From Candidatus Entotheonellaceae bacterium (lineage in GTDB: Bacteria; Tectomicrobia; Entotheonellia; Entotheonellales; Entotheonellaceae): a stretch of 64,000 nt of DNA. This document shows positions 9,013 through 19,130 of this stretch, one piece after another. The notes under the pieces were generated by a model that was given only the letters and a program-made list of their open reading frames with translations, was not told where the DNA came from and did not search any database. The translations under genes and the position numbers were made by a program. Within the stretch, counting starts at the first letter, position 1. Every line of letters begins with the position of its first letter. Location of the stretch: contig OZ250173.1 in assembly GCA_965238075.1 (NCBI GenBank), forward strand, positions 2,432,001-2,496,000. Direction: 5' to 3'.

Positions 9013-9902
9013 AATTTGACCTGCCGAAAAGAATCCGACACAGCAAGGATGGTTTCGAGGTCTTGGCGTGTCTCCATGCTCAGACTGAGCGCTGTTTTAT
9101 GGATGATGTCGAGATTGACATGGCATCAACGGATTGGTTTGACGCAGATATGTGCGCGGTACTTGGGGGCATTCTGTACCGCTTAGGGGGCAGGTCGAAC
9201 CTGAACACTGTGGCTCTCACAAATATCTGCTCAGAGGTAGAAACAATTCTGGCGAGAAACGGCTTTCTCAGTCACTACGGCCGGGAAAAGCTCCCCGACC
9301 GTTGGGGGACAACCATTTCATACAAGCGGTTCGATGTTGAAGACAGCAGCTATTTTGCCCGGTACGTTGAAGACGAGTTTATCCAGCAGCGTGAAATGCG
9401 TGAAATGCTGGACATGTCGCCGGGCCTCCAGAAAAAATTCCACGAGGCCATTTTCGAGATATTCAGCAATGCTGTGTCACATTCCCATACTGAGATGGGG
9501 ATCTTCAGTTGTGGACAATTCTATCCTGCGAGACACCAGCTTAATTTTACGGTGGCGGATATGGGGGTCGGCATGCGCCGCAAGATACAGGACCATTTAG
9601 GGCGTAACCTGTCACCGGAGGAGGCAATCGTCTGGGCAACGGAGCGCAACCACACGACCAGGAAAGGCGGTATTCCCGGGGGTTTGGGGCTGAAGTTGCT
9701 TCGCGAATTCATTGACCGGAATGATGACGGCTGTCTTCAGATCGTATCCGACGCCGGATATTGGCGCCGCGAAAAACACGGCACCTGTACCGAACGATTG
9801 AGTTATCCGTTCCCGGGTACGGTAGTGAATGTGGAGATCAATACTGCAGACCAGAACACCTACGGCCTTTCTTCCGAGGCCACGACCAACGATATTTTTT
9901 GA
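9009..9902 (+). CDS. GHKL/HATPase_c ATP-binding protein (anti-sigma-factor-kinase-like, no H-box)
   Basis: N box EIFSNAVSHS, G1 ADMGVG, G2 GGLGL and G3 FPGTVV. No transmembrane or HisKA segment. Confidence 0.8.
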   Translation: MKFDLPKRIRHSKDGFEVLACLHAQTERCFMDDVEIDMASTDWFDADMCAVLGGILYRLGGRSNLNTVALTNICSEVETILARNGFLSHYGREKLPDRWGTTISYKRFDVEDSSYFARYVEDEFIQQREMREMLDMSPGLQKKFHEAIFEIFSNAVSHSHTEMGIFSCGQFYPARHQLNFTVADMGVGMRRKIQDHLGRNLSPEEAIVWATERNHTTRKGGIPGGLGLKLLREFIDRNDDGCLQIVSDAGYWRREKHGTCTERLSYPFPGTVVNVEINTADQNTYGLSSEATTNDIF

Positions 9903-9913
9903 GATGCATCCCC

Positions 9914-10279
9914 ATGGAAAAGAGCCTTGTGATATCCATATTTCAGGTTGTCGGCAGTCCCTTGTGTGTCGCGTCTGACGATGGGCAGAAGGTATACGAC
10001 CGTCTAGCCGCCGCCTTGCACCAGGGACGATGCGTCTCGCTTTCATTTCGCAACGTCTCCGTGCTGACCTCAGCGTTTCTCAACGCGGCGGTCGGGCAGT
10101 TGTACGGAAAGTTCGACGAGCACCAAATTCGCGAATTATTGCAAGTGGAAGACATGCAGCCTGATGATGTGGCGCTGTTGGAACGCGTCGTAAAGACGGC
10201 TAAACAGTTCTTTCGAGACCCGGAGAGATTCAGCAACGTGGTGAAGGAGGTCCTGGAGGAGGAAGACGATGACGCATGA
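9914..10279 (+). CDS. STAS-like domain protein (DUF4325-like)
   Basis: CVASDDGQKVY...VSLSFRNVSVLTSAFLNAAVGQLY pattern; 121 aa. Confidence 0.75.
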   Translation: MEKSLVISIFQVVGSPLCVASDDGQKVYDRLAAALHQGRCVSLSFRNVSVLTSAFLNAAVGQLYGKFDEHQIRELLQVEDMQPDDVALLERVVKTAKQFFRDPERFSNVVKEVLEEEDDDA

Positions 10280-10769
10280 TGTCTCACATGTCGGGGACTA
10301 TCATTTCACCACCAACGACGCGTTATTTCTGGACGCCAACATCTGGCTATGTATGTATGGCTCAACGAGTGTAGGTAGGAATAACAGAAAAGAAACCTAC
10401 CTCTCAGCGTTTCGTCGCATTCTGGAAGCTAAGAGCCGCATCTATATTAACGTCCTCGTCGTCTCGGAGATTATCAACGTCTGGGCCAGAATCTCTTACC
10501 GGGATTGGGAATATTGGTCGCCTCAAAATTTCAAGGCATATCGTAGCAGTGATGCTTTCAAATCCGTTGCTTCGGATATTGCCGCCGACATCAAACGGAT
10601 CCTGAGTTATTGTTCACGAATCGAAAGCGGCTTTGAAACGGCAGAAATAGATACCTTGATTGACGAATACAAGGAAACTGGTTCCGACTTCAATGATCAA
10701 ATCATCCGAGAGTTGTGTAAAAGTAGAGACTTGAGGCTGATAACGGACGATGGTGACTTCTATGGTTAG
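10269..10769 (+). CDS. PIN-domain ribonuclease; possibly truncated by a premature TAG (frame continues to TGA 10809-10811)
   Basis: Acidic PIN residues in FLDANIW, VVSEIIN, DFNDQII and ITDDGDF. Overlaps the STAS gene. Confidence 0.8.
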   Translation: MTHDVSHVGDYHFTTNDALFLDANIWLCMYGSTSVGRNNRKETYLSAFRRILEAKSRIYINVLVVSEIINVWARISYRDWEYWSPQNFKAYRSSDAFKSVASDIAADIKRILSYCSRIESGFETAEIDTLIDEYKETGSDFNDQIIRELCKSRDLRLITDDGDFYG

Positions 10770-10990
10770 GGTATATCCATCTTAACGGCCAACAGGCGTT
10801 TATTGCGCTGATCTCAAGGTATTCCTCCTTCGCCTTCCTTTTCTTCTCCACACGCGACCTTGCCCCGCGCTTCGCGAGCTTCCAACTGCTGGCGCCTCGG
10901 CATTGCCCACCACCGCACGGTTGCTTTGTTTTGAACGACTAGGGTAGTATGTAGCGCCGAATTGATAACCCATGCGAGGAGGGCTCAGGG

Positions 10991-12121
10991 GTGGCGGATA
11001 ACGTTTTTCAGGCGGCGATTGACATACTTGAAAGAGGCGAGCAGGCGGCGCTGTCGACGATCATCTCGTCGAAGGGGTCGTTGCCGATGAGCGAAAAGAG
11101 CAAAATGCTGGTGACGCCGGAAGGGAAAATTATCGGCACGGTCGGCGGCGGCTGTCTGGAAGCGGATGTGTGGACGGAAGCCCGCGAAGTGATGGAGGCG
11201 GGCAAGAGCCGCATCCAGAAATTCATCCTGACGGAGAAATACGCCGGCGAGAGCGGCCTCAATTGCGGCGGCGTGGTGGAAATCCTGACGGAGCCGTTGC
11301 CAGAGCGCGGCCAGGACGTGTTCCGCACCATTCTCGACCTCAAGGAATCCGGGCACCGCGGCACGTTGGCGACGATTCTCACCGACCACCCCGATTTCCC
11401 GGAGGGACGCCGCAAGCTCCTGCTCACCGACGATGGCAGCACGGTTGGTTCCCTGGGCAACGCTGACCTCGAAAGCTTCGTGGTGCAGCGCGGCCAGGAT
11501 GTGTTGCGGGGCGAAAACTTCGCCATCGAGTCCTACGCCGCCGCTTCCGGCGACACCCTGCAGATTTTTCTGGAACCCGTTCTCCCCACCCCGACCGTGT
11601 GGGTATTCGGCGGTGGACACGTGTCGTTCTTCCTGGTACGCGCCGCCAAGCTGGCCGGTTTCAGGGCCAAGGTGATTGATGACCGCCCGGCCTTCGCCAA
11701 CAAGGAGCGCTTCCCGGAAGCCGACGCCACGATCGTCATGGAATTCGACAAGGTCCGCGAGGCGTTCGATTTTGGCCACGACGATTACGTGGTCCTCGTG
11801 ACGCGCGGCCACCAGCACGACCAGCATATTCTGGAGCAGATTTACGACTGCGACGCCCGCTACCTCGGCATGATCGGCAGCAAGAGCAAGATCGCCAAAA
11901 TGTGGCAGCGCTTGGAGGCCAAGGGCATCGACAGTGGCTATCTCGACCGCGTACACGCACCGGTCGGCCTGAACATCGGCGCCGATTCGCCGGAGGAAAT
12001 CTGCATCAGCGTCATGGCCGAGATCATCCGCGAGCGGCGTATCGGCAAGGTGCAGGCTACCCGCCACAAACGCAGCCATGACGAGCGCCGCGAGGCCGTT
12101 GCGGAGGCTGCGGCGTCGTAG
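10991..12121 (+). CDS. XdhC/CoxI family molybdenum-cofactor accessory protein
   Basis: [39 protein letters not shown] and [16 protein letters not shown]. Confidence 0.9.
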   Translation: MADNVFQAAIDILERGEQAALSTIISSKGSLPMSEKSKMLVTPEGKIIGTVGGGCLEADVWTEAREVMEAGKSRIQKFILTEKYAGESGLNCGGVVEILTEPLPERGQDVFRTILDLKESGHRGTLATILTDHPDFPEGRRKLLLTDDGSTVGSLGNADLESFVVQRGQDVLRGENFAIESYAAASGDTLQIFLEPVLPTPTVWVFGGGHVSFFLVRAAKLAGFRAKVIDDRPAFANKERFPEADATIVMEFDKVREAFDFGHDDYVVLVTRGHQHDQHILEQIYDCDARYLGMIGSKSKIAKMWQRLEAKGIDSGYLDRVHAPVGLNIGADSPEEICISVMAEIIRERRIGKVQATRHKRSHDERREAVAEAAAS

Positions 12122-12138
12122 ACCATCGGGAGACATCC

Positions 12139-13041
12139 GTGCAATTGGTCCAGCTCGAAACCCGCCCGCAACCGCCGAAGCCCGCCTGGTTGCGCGTCAA
12201 ACTACCCACCGGCAAGACGTATTCGGACGTCAAAAGCCTGGTTCGCCAACACCGCCTGCACACCGTGTGCGAGGAGGCCATGTGCCCCAACATCGGCGAG
12301 TGCTGGGAGCAGAGAAGCGCGACCCTTATGTTGCTCGGCGATACCTGCACCCGCAGTTGCGGTTTTTGCGCCGTGCGCACGGGGCGGCCCGGCAGCGTGG
12401 ACGAGCAGGAACCGGAGCGCGTGGTCGAGACGATTGCCACGCTGGGGCTGCGATATGCGGTGGTGACGTCGGTGAACCGGGACGATTTGGCCGACGGCGG
12501 CAGCCACATTTTCGCGGCGGTCATTCGAGGCCTTCGGCAGCGGGTGCCGGGGTGCCGTATCGAGGTGCTGATTCCCGATTTCAAGGGCAATTGGGAGGCT
12601 TTGACCGAGGTGGTGGAAGCCGGTCCCGACGTCTTGAATCACAATATAGAAAGCATTGCCCGACTGTACGACACGGTAAGGCCGCAAGCCAAATACGAGC
12701 GGTCTCTGGAGCTTCTGCGGCGGGTCAAGGACATCGATGCCGCCATGCGCACCAAATCCGGCCTCATGGTCGGCCTCGGGGAGGAACCCGAGGAGATCGT
12801 CGACACGATGGGAGATTTACGGGACGCCTATTGCGATCTGCTGACCATCGGCCAGTACCTGCGTCCGTCGCTACAGCATCTGCCGGTACAGCGGTTCTAC
12901 CACCCCGACGAGTTTGTCGAGCTCAAACGCCAGGGCGAGGCGCTGGGCTTCGCGCACGTTGAGTCCGGTCCACTGGTGCGCAGTTCTTACCATGCATCGA
13001 ATCAGGAAGCGGCGGCTCAGACGCTGCATGTGACGGGATAA
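12139..13041 (+). CDS. lipA: Lipoyl synthase
   Basis: [26 protein letters not shown] and GPLVRSSY. Confidence 0.95.
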   Translation: MQLVQLETRPQPPKPAWLRVKLPTGKTYSDVKSLVRQHRLHTVCEEAMCPNIGECWEQRSATLMLLGDTCTRSCGFCAVRTGRPGSVDEQEPERVVETIATLGLRYAVVTSVNRDDLADGGSHIFAAVIRGLRQRVPGCRIEVLIPDFKGNWEALTEVVEAGPDVLNHNIESIARLYDTVRPQAKYERSLELLRRVKDIDAAMRTKSGLMVGLGEEPEEIVDTMGDLRDAYCDLLTIGQYLRPSLQHLPVQRFYHPDEFVELKRQGEALGFAHVESGPLVRSSYHASNQEAAAQTLHVTG

Positions 13042-13088
13042 CTGGCGCTGGCTGCGACCCTGCCGAGCGGCCACATGTCTTCCCACAG

Positions 13089-13121
13089 CCCCTCCCTCAA
13101 GGGGAGGAGTTGGGGAGGGGA
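13089..13121 (+). repeat. CCCCTCCC..GGGAGG palindromic repeat, copy 1
   Basis: CCCCTCCCTCAAGGGGAGGAGTTGGGGAGGGGA; 26/33 identical to 41644-41676. Confidence 0.7.
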
Positions 13122-13127
13122 GTTCTT

Positions 13128-13961
13128 ATGAGCACGACCACGACCATCGAGGCGAAAGTCGACAAGTTGTTGGAGACGCTGCGCGACATGGAAAGCGTCA
13201 TCGTGGCGTTTTCAGGCGGGGTGGACAGCTCGCTGCTCGCCAAGGCCGCCTATGAGGCGTTGGGCGACAAGGCCATCGCCGTCACTGCGGTATCGCCGTC
13301 GTTGCCGCAGGCGGAGCTGGAAGAGGCGCAGGATGTGGCGAAACGTATCGGCATCGAGCACCGGCTGGTGAATACGGACGAAATGGACAACCCGCAGTAT
13401 GCCGCGAACCCTGAAAACCGCTGCTACTTCTGCAAGTCGGAATTGTTCGTCAAACTCAATCCCCTGGCCGAGTCCATGGGCTTCAAGCACGTGGTTTACG
13501 GCGCCATGATGGATGACCGCGGCGATCACCGGCCCGGCGCGCAGGCGGCGCGGGATTACGCCGTGCGGGCGCCGCTTGATGAAGCGGACCTCAGCAAGGA
13601 CGAAATCCGCACCCTTTCCAAGCGCTGGGACCTGCCGACCTGGAGCAAGCCGTCCTTTGCCTGCCTGGCCTCACGGGTACCTTACGGCCAACTGATCACG
13701 ATCGAGAAACTGAGCACGGTGGAGCAGGGGGAGGCGTTTCTGCGGCAGCACGATTTTCGGGTCTTCCGGGTGCGGCACCATGAGAACGTGGCGCGCATCG
13801 AGGTGTTGACGGAGGACATGCTCCGCCTCTGCTCGGAACCCCTGCGCAGCGAGCTAGTGGCGCATTTCAAGGCCATCGGATACACCTACGTCACGGTGGA
13901 CCTTGCGGGTTTCCGCTCGGGCAGCATGAATGAGACCCTGCGCCAGGCGCAGAACGACTGA
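13128..13961 (+). CDS. larE: ATP-dependent sulfur transferase LarE family
   Basis: PP-loop AFSGGVDS, RCYFCK, DHRPG, PSFACLASRVPYG and GFRSGSMN. Confidence 0.9.
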   Translation: MSTTTTIEAKVDKLLETLRDMESVIVAFSGGVDSSLLAKAAYEALGDKAIAVTAVSPSLPQAELEEAQDVAKRIGIEHRLVNTDEMDNPQYAANPENRCYFCKSELFVKLNPLAESMGFKHVVYGAMMDDRGDHRPGAQAARDYAVRAPLDEADLSKDEIRTLSKRWDLPTWSKPSFACLASRVPYGQLITIEKLSTVEQGEAFLRQHDFRVFRVRHHENVARIEVLTEDMLRLCSEPLRSELVAHFKAIGYTYVTVDLAGFRSGSMNETLRQAQND

Positions 13962-14012
13962 GGGCGTTTGATTGTCGGATTATGCTGCGCTAATCCGACC
14001 TACATCTGGAAT

Positions 14013-14321
14013 TTATTGAGGCAGTTCTTCTTCTGGGGCGGGAACGTTCTCGGGGGTGTCGTCAGGCGCCGGGTTCGGGGCGGCTTGCGGTGTTTCGGGC
14101 GCAGATGCCGGCATTGGGGTAGCCAAGTCGACTTCGGTTTCATCGTAGCGGTACTGCTGTGCCCCGCGCGGGTGACGGTATTGGGTAGCCGCCACAGACG
14201 GCGCACGTTCCAGGTCGACAGTCGTCTCGTCCGTCATGCTCCAGTCGCCGGGCTGCATGCCGGCAAGCAGCATCAGCATCCCTAAGCTGTGGACCAGACG
14301 ATGTAAATGGTTATGCAGCAC
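14013..14321 (-). CDS. Hypothetical small protein
   Basis: Fills the intergenic gap; hydrophobic N-terminus, repeated DET(T/E)VDL and a Pro-rich tail. Confidence 0.45.
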   Translation of the reverse strand: MLHNHLHRLVHSLGMLMLLAGMQPGDWSMTDETTVDLERAPSVAATQYRHPRGAQQYRYDETEVDLATPMPASAPETPQAAPNPAPDDTPENVPAPEEELPQ

Positions 14322-14472
14322 GTGTCTTAAGTCTCCCGGTAAAATTGATGTTCACCCCGCGGCCTGTGCTGGCGAAGGCCGGAGGACAGGCGGCGCAGTA
14401 TCCCATACCGTCCCGCCGGGACGCAAGGCGCGCCGCGCTCACTTTCCAGTCCTATTCCGGAACGCCATTGCC

Positions 14473-15108
14473 ATGAATCAACCAGCAAATCCGTGCCGCG
14501 GACTGCTGATCGTTTTCGAGGGCCTGGATGGTGCGGGCAAAACGACGCAATTGGGGCTCCTGTACGATCACATGCTCCAGCAAGGCCAGGACGTTGTGCG
14601 CCTCCGGGAGCCCACCGAGGGGCCGTGGGGGCAAAAGCTACGGCAACTCATGGTGCACGGGCGTGGCGGCGTAACGCCGGCCACGGAACTGGAATGGTTC
14701 CTGAACGACCGGCGGGAACACGTCGATCAATGTATCCGGCCCGCGTTGAATCGGAAACAAATCGTCCTGTTGGATCGTTACTATTTTTCGACGATGGCGT
14801 ATCAGGGCGCCCTGGGCTGTGACCCGCAAGACATTCAGGCGCGCAATGAGGCGTTTGCGCCGCCGCCCGATCTGTTGTTGCTGTTGGATTTACCGCCCGA
14901 GACGGGCTGGCGTCGCCTGAAGCAACGCGGCACGCCGTCGCATTTCGAACGGCTGGACTATCTGGAGCAGGTGGCCGGCCTTTTTGACGTCATGGACTTT
15001 CCGTATCTCAGGCGCATTCCGGCGAATCAGGAGCCGCAGGTGGTGCAGTTGCAGGTGCGCCGGGAAACACAGCAACTGCTGCAGCGCCACGCACAGACCG
15101 GGGGCTGA
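14473..15108 (+). CDS. tmk: Thymidylate kinase
   Basis: FEGLDGAGKTTQ, REP and LLDRYYFSTMAYQG. Confidence 0.93.
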   Translation: MNQPANPCRGLLIVFEGLDGAGKTTQLGLLYDHMLQQGQDVVRLREPTEGPWGQKLRQLMVHGRGGVTPATELEWFLNDRREHVDQCIRPALNRKQIVLLDRYYFSTMAYQGALGCDPQDIQARNEAFAPPPDLLLLLDLPPETGWRRLKQRGTPSHFERLDYLEQVAGLFDVMDFPYLRRIPANQEPQVVQLQVRRETQQLLQRHAQTGG

Positions 15109-15109
15109 C

Positions 15110-15988
15110 ATGATCGAGCGCGTCATCGGGCCGGCATCACACGTTTTCTATTCACAGCGGTTGAAGTTGCACTACGTGGATTGGGGAAACGTCAGCGCGC
15201 CGCCGATGGTCCTCATCCACGGTGGCCGGGACCACTGCCGCAACTGGGACTGGGTAGCGCAGGAGTTGCGCGAGCAATATCACATCATCGCCCCCGACCT
15301 GCGCGGCCACGGCGACTCGGAATGGTCGCGCGGCGGGCAGTATGCCCTCATCGACTACGTTCTCGACGTGGCGCAGTTGCTTGAGCACTTGCGGTTGTTC
15401 CCCATCACGCTCGTCGGCCACTCCCTGGGCGGCGGCATTGCCTGCCAGTACAGCGGTATTTATCCCGACCGCGTCAAGCAACTTGTCTCCATCGAGGGGC
15501 TCGGTCCGCCGCCCGAGCACATTCGTCAGGGCCCGGCGCACCAGCGCATGCACGACTGGATTGCCCAGATGCAGGCGTTCGCCGGTCGCCACGTGCGCCG
15601 CTACCCCAGCCTCGACGAAGCGGTGCAGCGTATGCAGGAGGCGAACAAGCACCTGAGCGCCGAGCAGGCGTATCACCTGACGCTGCACGGCACCTACCGC
15701 AACGAAGACGGCACCTACACTTGGAAGTTCGACAACTACGTGCGGTCGCAGTCGCCCTATTCCTTCAACCTGGAAGAGGCCAAGGGTATCTGGGGCCGGG
15801 TCACCTGCCCGACGCTGCTGCTGCGGGGTCTGGAGAGCTGGGCCAGCGACCCGATGCTGGACGGACGCGCCCAGGCATTCCCCAACGCCTGCTGCGTGAA
15901 CATCGCGCAGGCCGGTCACTGGGTGCATCACGATCAGTTGGACAAATTTCTGGAGGTGGTGGGGGGCTTCCTACGGGAAAATGCCTGA
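15110..15988 (+). CDS. Alpha/beta fold hydrolase
   Basis: LIHG, PDLRGHGDS, GHSLGG and AGHWVHHD. Confidence 0.9.
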   Translation: MIERVIGPASHVFYSQRLKLHYVDWGNVSAPPMVLIHGGRDHCRNWDWVAQELREQYHIIAPDLRGHGDSEWSRGGQYALIDYVLDVAQLLEHLRLFPITLVGHSLGGGIACQYSGIYPDRVKQLVSIEGLGPPPEHIRQGPAHQRMHDWIAQMQAFAGRHVRRYPSLDEAVQRMQEANKHLSAEQAYHLTLHGTYRNEDGTYTWKFDNYVRSQSPYSFNLEEAKGIWGRVTCPTLLLRGLESWASDPMLDGRAQAFPNACCVNIAQAGHWVHHDQLDKFLEVVGGFLRENA

Positions 15989-16026
15989 GCGCCGTTGGAG
16001 AGCCGCACGCACAAAGGAGGGTTGTC

Positions 16027-16917
16027 ATGGACGCGCTGAGAATTGAGGAAGACCTGTCAGGCTTGCGCCAGCCGCATCTGCTGTTGACCTTCTCGGGCTG
16101 GAGCGATGCCGCCGGGGTTGCCATCGCGGCGGGCCGTTTTCTGGTCGAGCACTTGGAAGCGGAGTGCATTGCCCAGATTGACCCGGAGGATTTCTACAGC
16201 TTTGCTGATCAACGGCCGCAGGCGCAGTACAATGATAACGATCAGCGAGAGATTATCTGGCCGGCGAACGAATTCTTTCTTAGCCGTCAGCCACAGCTTG
16301 AGCACGACGTGATTATCGGGGTCGGCGTCGAGCCGCACCTCAAGTGGCGCACATTTACCGACCTGATGATGGACCTGACGCAGCGTTGCAACGTGTTCCA
16401 GACCGTCACCCTGGGAGCGCTGTGGGCTGACGTGCTGTATTCGGCGCCGGTGCGGTTTTCCGGTTCGGCAACCGATCCCGAACTGTCGCGTACGCTGGGC
16501 CTGGGCAGCGGCTCGCGCTATGAAGGGCCCACGGGGATGATCGGCGTCTTGCACGACAAGCTGCGCCGCAACCAATTCACCTCGGCGAGCCTTTGGGCCA
16601 ACATGCCGTACTACATTTCCGTCACGCCGAATCCCAAGGGCATGCTCGCCCTGGTGCGGCGCGGCCTGGAAATCGTCGGGTTGCCGGCCGACTTTCCGGA
16701 GCTGGAAGAGGAAACGCGGGAGTTTGAAGAGCGGGTTGCCGAGGCGATTGCCCAGGACCCCAAGATCGCCGCCCACGTGAAGAAGCTCGAGCGCCAGCAG
16801 GCGCGCGCCGATTCGGGGCCTCTGCTGCTGCCGGAGGACGTTGTCAGCGGCGACGACCTGGCCGCCGAGCTACAGCGCTACCTGCGCGAGCAGCGCGGCG
16901 AGCCGGAGGGAGAATAG
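16027..16917 (+). CDS. PAC2 family (proteasome assembly chaperone-like) protein, copy 1
   Basis: FSGWSDAAG, DPEDFY, GVEPHLKW, YEGPTG, WANMPYY and SGDDLAAELQRYLREQ. AAGGAGG RBS. Confidence 0.85.
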   Translation: MDALRIEEDLSGLRQPHLLLTFSGWSDAAGVAIAAGRFLVEHLEAECIAQIDPEDFYSFADQRPQAQYNDNDQREIIWPANEFFLSRQPQLEHDVIIGVGVEPHLKWRTFTDLMMDLTQRCNVFQTVTLGALWADVLYSAPVRFSGSATDPELSRTLGLGSGSRYEGPTGMIGVLHDKLRRNQFTSASLWANMPYYISVTPNPKGMLALVRRGLEIVGLPADFPELEEETREFEERVAEAIAQDPKIAAHVKKLERQQARADSGPLLLPEDVVSGDDLAAELQRYLREQRGEPEGE

Positions 16918-16926
16918 GCGCGCGGC

Positions 16927-18027
16927 CTATCTGACGACTTGCACCTTTTCCCGTTCCACCAAAGCCCAGTCGATCTCATACCCCAAGCCCGGCTTCTCGG
17001 GCGCATAGACGTATCCCTGATCATCTACCTCGATGTCCTCCACCAGCGCGAACTTGTTGGCGCCGCTGGACGGGAACACCTCGTAATAGTCGCAGTTGGG
17101 GATGGCCATGGTGACGTGCAGGTTGGCGACGTTGTTGAGCGAATTGCCGCCGTGGTGAATCTCGCACTTCATGCGGAACGCCTCCGCCATGTGGGCGATT
17201 TTGACCAGCGGGGTGATGCCGCCCGTCACCGCCACGTCGCCGCGCAGAATGTCGGTGGCCATTTGCTGCACCCATTGCGCCATGCCGTACAGGCGACCGG
17301 GGGCGTATTCGGTGGACATGATGGGGATGTCCAGTTTGTTGTGCAGCTTGACGTAGTTGTAGATGTCCTCCTCGACGAGCGGATCTTCGTACCAGAAATA
17401 ATTCAGCGCCTCGATGGCGCGGCCCACCCGCATGGCGTCTTCATAGCAGTAGGCCCACATGGAATCCAACATCAACACCATGTCGTCGCCGACGGCGCGA
17501 CGGACTGCCTGGCAGATTTTGATGTCGTTTTGGGGCACGCCGTGGGGGTGAATCTTGTAGGCGGGCCATCCCAGAGACTGAAAGTGGCAGGCCTCCTCGC
17601 CGTAGGCTTCGGGGGTCGGCAGCCAGCCCGAGCTGGCATAGGCCGGCACGCGGTCGCGGCAGGTTCCCAACAGGCGGTGGATGGGCAGACCGGCCACCTT
17701 GCCGGCGATGTCCCACAGGGCAACGTCCACCGCGCCGATGGAATTGGTGGACACGGAGCGGTTCATCTTCCACATGCGCTGCCAGATGGCGCCGCTGTCC
17801 AGGGGATTGGCGCCCACGATGGCCGGCTTGATGAATTCCATCAGCGGCCCCGCGTGCGCGTCGGCACCCTGCCGCGAGGAGCCGAGAAAGGCATGCCCCT
17901 CCACGCCCTCGTCGGTATGTACCGTCAACACGCCCAAAAGCCTGGTGCCCCCGAAAGAGCCGCTTCCCGTCCGCCACTGGGGACTGTTCCAGTTAAACAT
18001 GGTGACGCTTACATCGGTAATCTTCAC
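16927..18027 (-). CDS. Mandelate racemase/muconate lactonising enzyme family (enolase superfamily)
   Basis: DVALWDIAGK..GLP, KIH, LMLD, WYEDP and GGIT. Confidence 0.88.
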   Translation of the reverse strand: MKITDVSVTMFNWNSPQWRTGSGSFGGTRLLGVLTVHTDEGVEGHAFLGSSRQGADAHAGPLMEFIKPAIVGANPLDSGAIWQRMWKMNRSVSTNSIGAVDVALWDIAGKVAGLPIHRLLGTCRDRVPAYASSGWLPTPEAYGEEACHFQSLGWPAYKIHPHGVPQNDIKICQAVRRAVGDDMVLMLDSMWAYCYEDAMRVGRAIEALNYFWYEDPLVEEDIYNYVKLHNKLDIPIMSTEYAPGRLYGMAQWVQQMATDILRGDVAVTGGITPLVKIAHMAEAFRMKCEIHHGGNSLNNVANLHVTMAIPNCDYYEVFPSSGANKFALVEDIEVDDQGYVYAPEKPGLGYEIDWALVEREKVQVVR

Positions 18028-18158
18028 GCCTCGCCTCCTTGTGACGCACGGTTCGCATCCGTGCCTGAAATAAGGGCCTTGAGAAGTGCGGACATCATAG
18101 CCGAAGGGTCCGCCGCTTGCCAGACGGCGGCCTTGCCCGGCGCCAGCGAAAGGCAGCC

Positions 18159-19130
18159 ATGATGGATCAACCGGAGGCCCCTGTTTCTCCCATTCGCGTC
18201 GGCGTTTCCGCCTGCCTGCTGGGGCAGCGGGTGCGCTACGACGGCGGCCACAAGGCCGACCCTTTCATTATCGACACGCTGGGGCGGTATTTCTGCTGGG
18301 TGCCCGTCTGCCCGGAGATGGAGGTCGGCCTCGGCACGCCGCGGGAGCCGATGCGCCTGCAGGGCGACGTGACGGCGCCGAAACTGGTCGCCACGGTGTC
18401 GGGACATGATCTCACGGCGCGCATGCAACGTTTTGCAACGCAACGTTTGTCCCAACTCACCGAACTGGGGCTGCACGGCTACATCCTGAAGAAGAATTCG
18501 CCGTCGTGTGGCATGAGGGGGGTAAGGGTGTACGGCTCGTCGGGAAGGCCACGACGCAGCGGGCGGGGCGTGTTCGCCCAGGCTCTGATGGCGCGTTGGC
18601 CGTTACTGCCTGTGGAGGAGGAAGGCCGCTTGCAGGACCCGGGACTGCGGGAGCATTTCATCGAGCGAGTGTATGCCTGCCATCGCTGGCGTCGGTTTTT
18701 GGCGTCGAATCCGGCGCCGCAGGACATGGTGCAGTTCCACGCGCGGAATAAGCTGTCGCTGATGGCGCACAGCCGGTCGCATTATCAAACGCTCGGACGC
18801 ATGGTGGCGCGGTGCGGCGAGGGGCTGGGCGAGGAATTTCTGGACGCTTACGGCGATCTGTTCATGGCTGGGTTGAAGGTCAGGGCGACCCGCAGGAAGC
18901 ACGCCAACGTTCTGTCCCACGTCCAGGGGTATCTCAAGCAGCACCTCAGCAAGCCCGAAAAAGCTGCCTTGACGGCGTGCATCGATGATTACCGGCGGGG
19001 GCTCGTGCCGCTGACCGCACCGCTGGACTTGTTGCGCGATCACGTCCGCCGCCACCCGTGTCCCTACGTGGAAGCGCAGACCTACCTGAATCCTTATCCC
19101 GACGACCTGATGCGGTTGCTGCACGCCTGA
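18159..19130 (+). CDS. DUF523 + DUF1722 protein (TudS-like domain fused to YbgA)
   Basis: GVSACLLG..VRYDGGH, PVCPE, KKNSPSCG, EEEGRL and YLNPYP. Confidence 0.88.
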   Translation: MMDQPEAPVSPIRVGVSACLLGQRVRYDGGHKADPFIIDTLGRYFCWVPVCPEMEVGLGTPREPMRLQGDVTAPKLVATVSGHDLTARMQRFATQRLSQLTELGLHGYILKKNSPSCGMRGVRVYGSSGRPRRSGRGVFAQALMARWPLLPVEEEGRLQDPGLREHFIERVYACHRWRRFLASNPAPQDMVQFHARNKLSLMAHSRSHYQTLGRMVARCGEGLGEEFLDAYGDLFMAGLKVRATRRKHANVLSHVQGYLKQHLSKPEKAALTACIDDYRRGLVPLTAPLDLLRDHVRRHPCPYVEAQTYLNPYPDDLMRLLHA

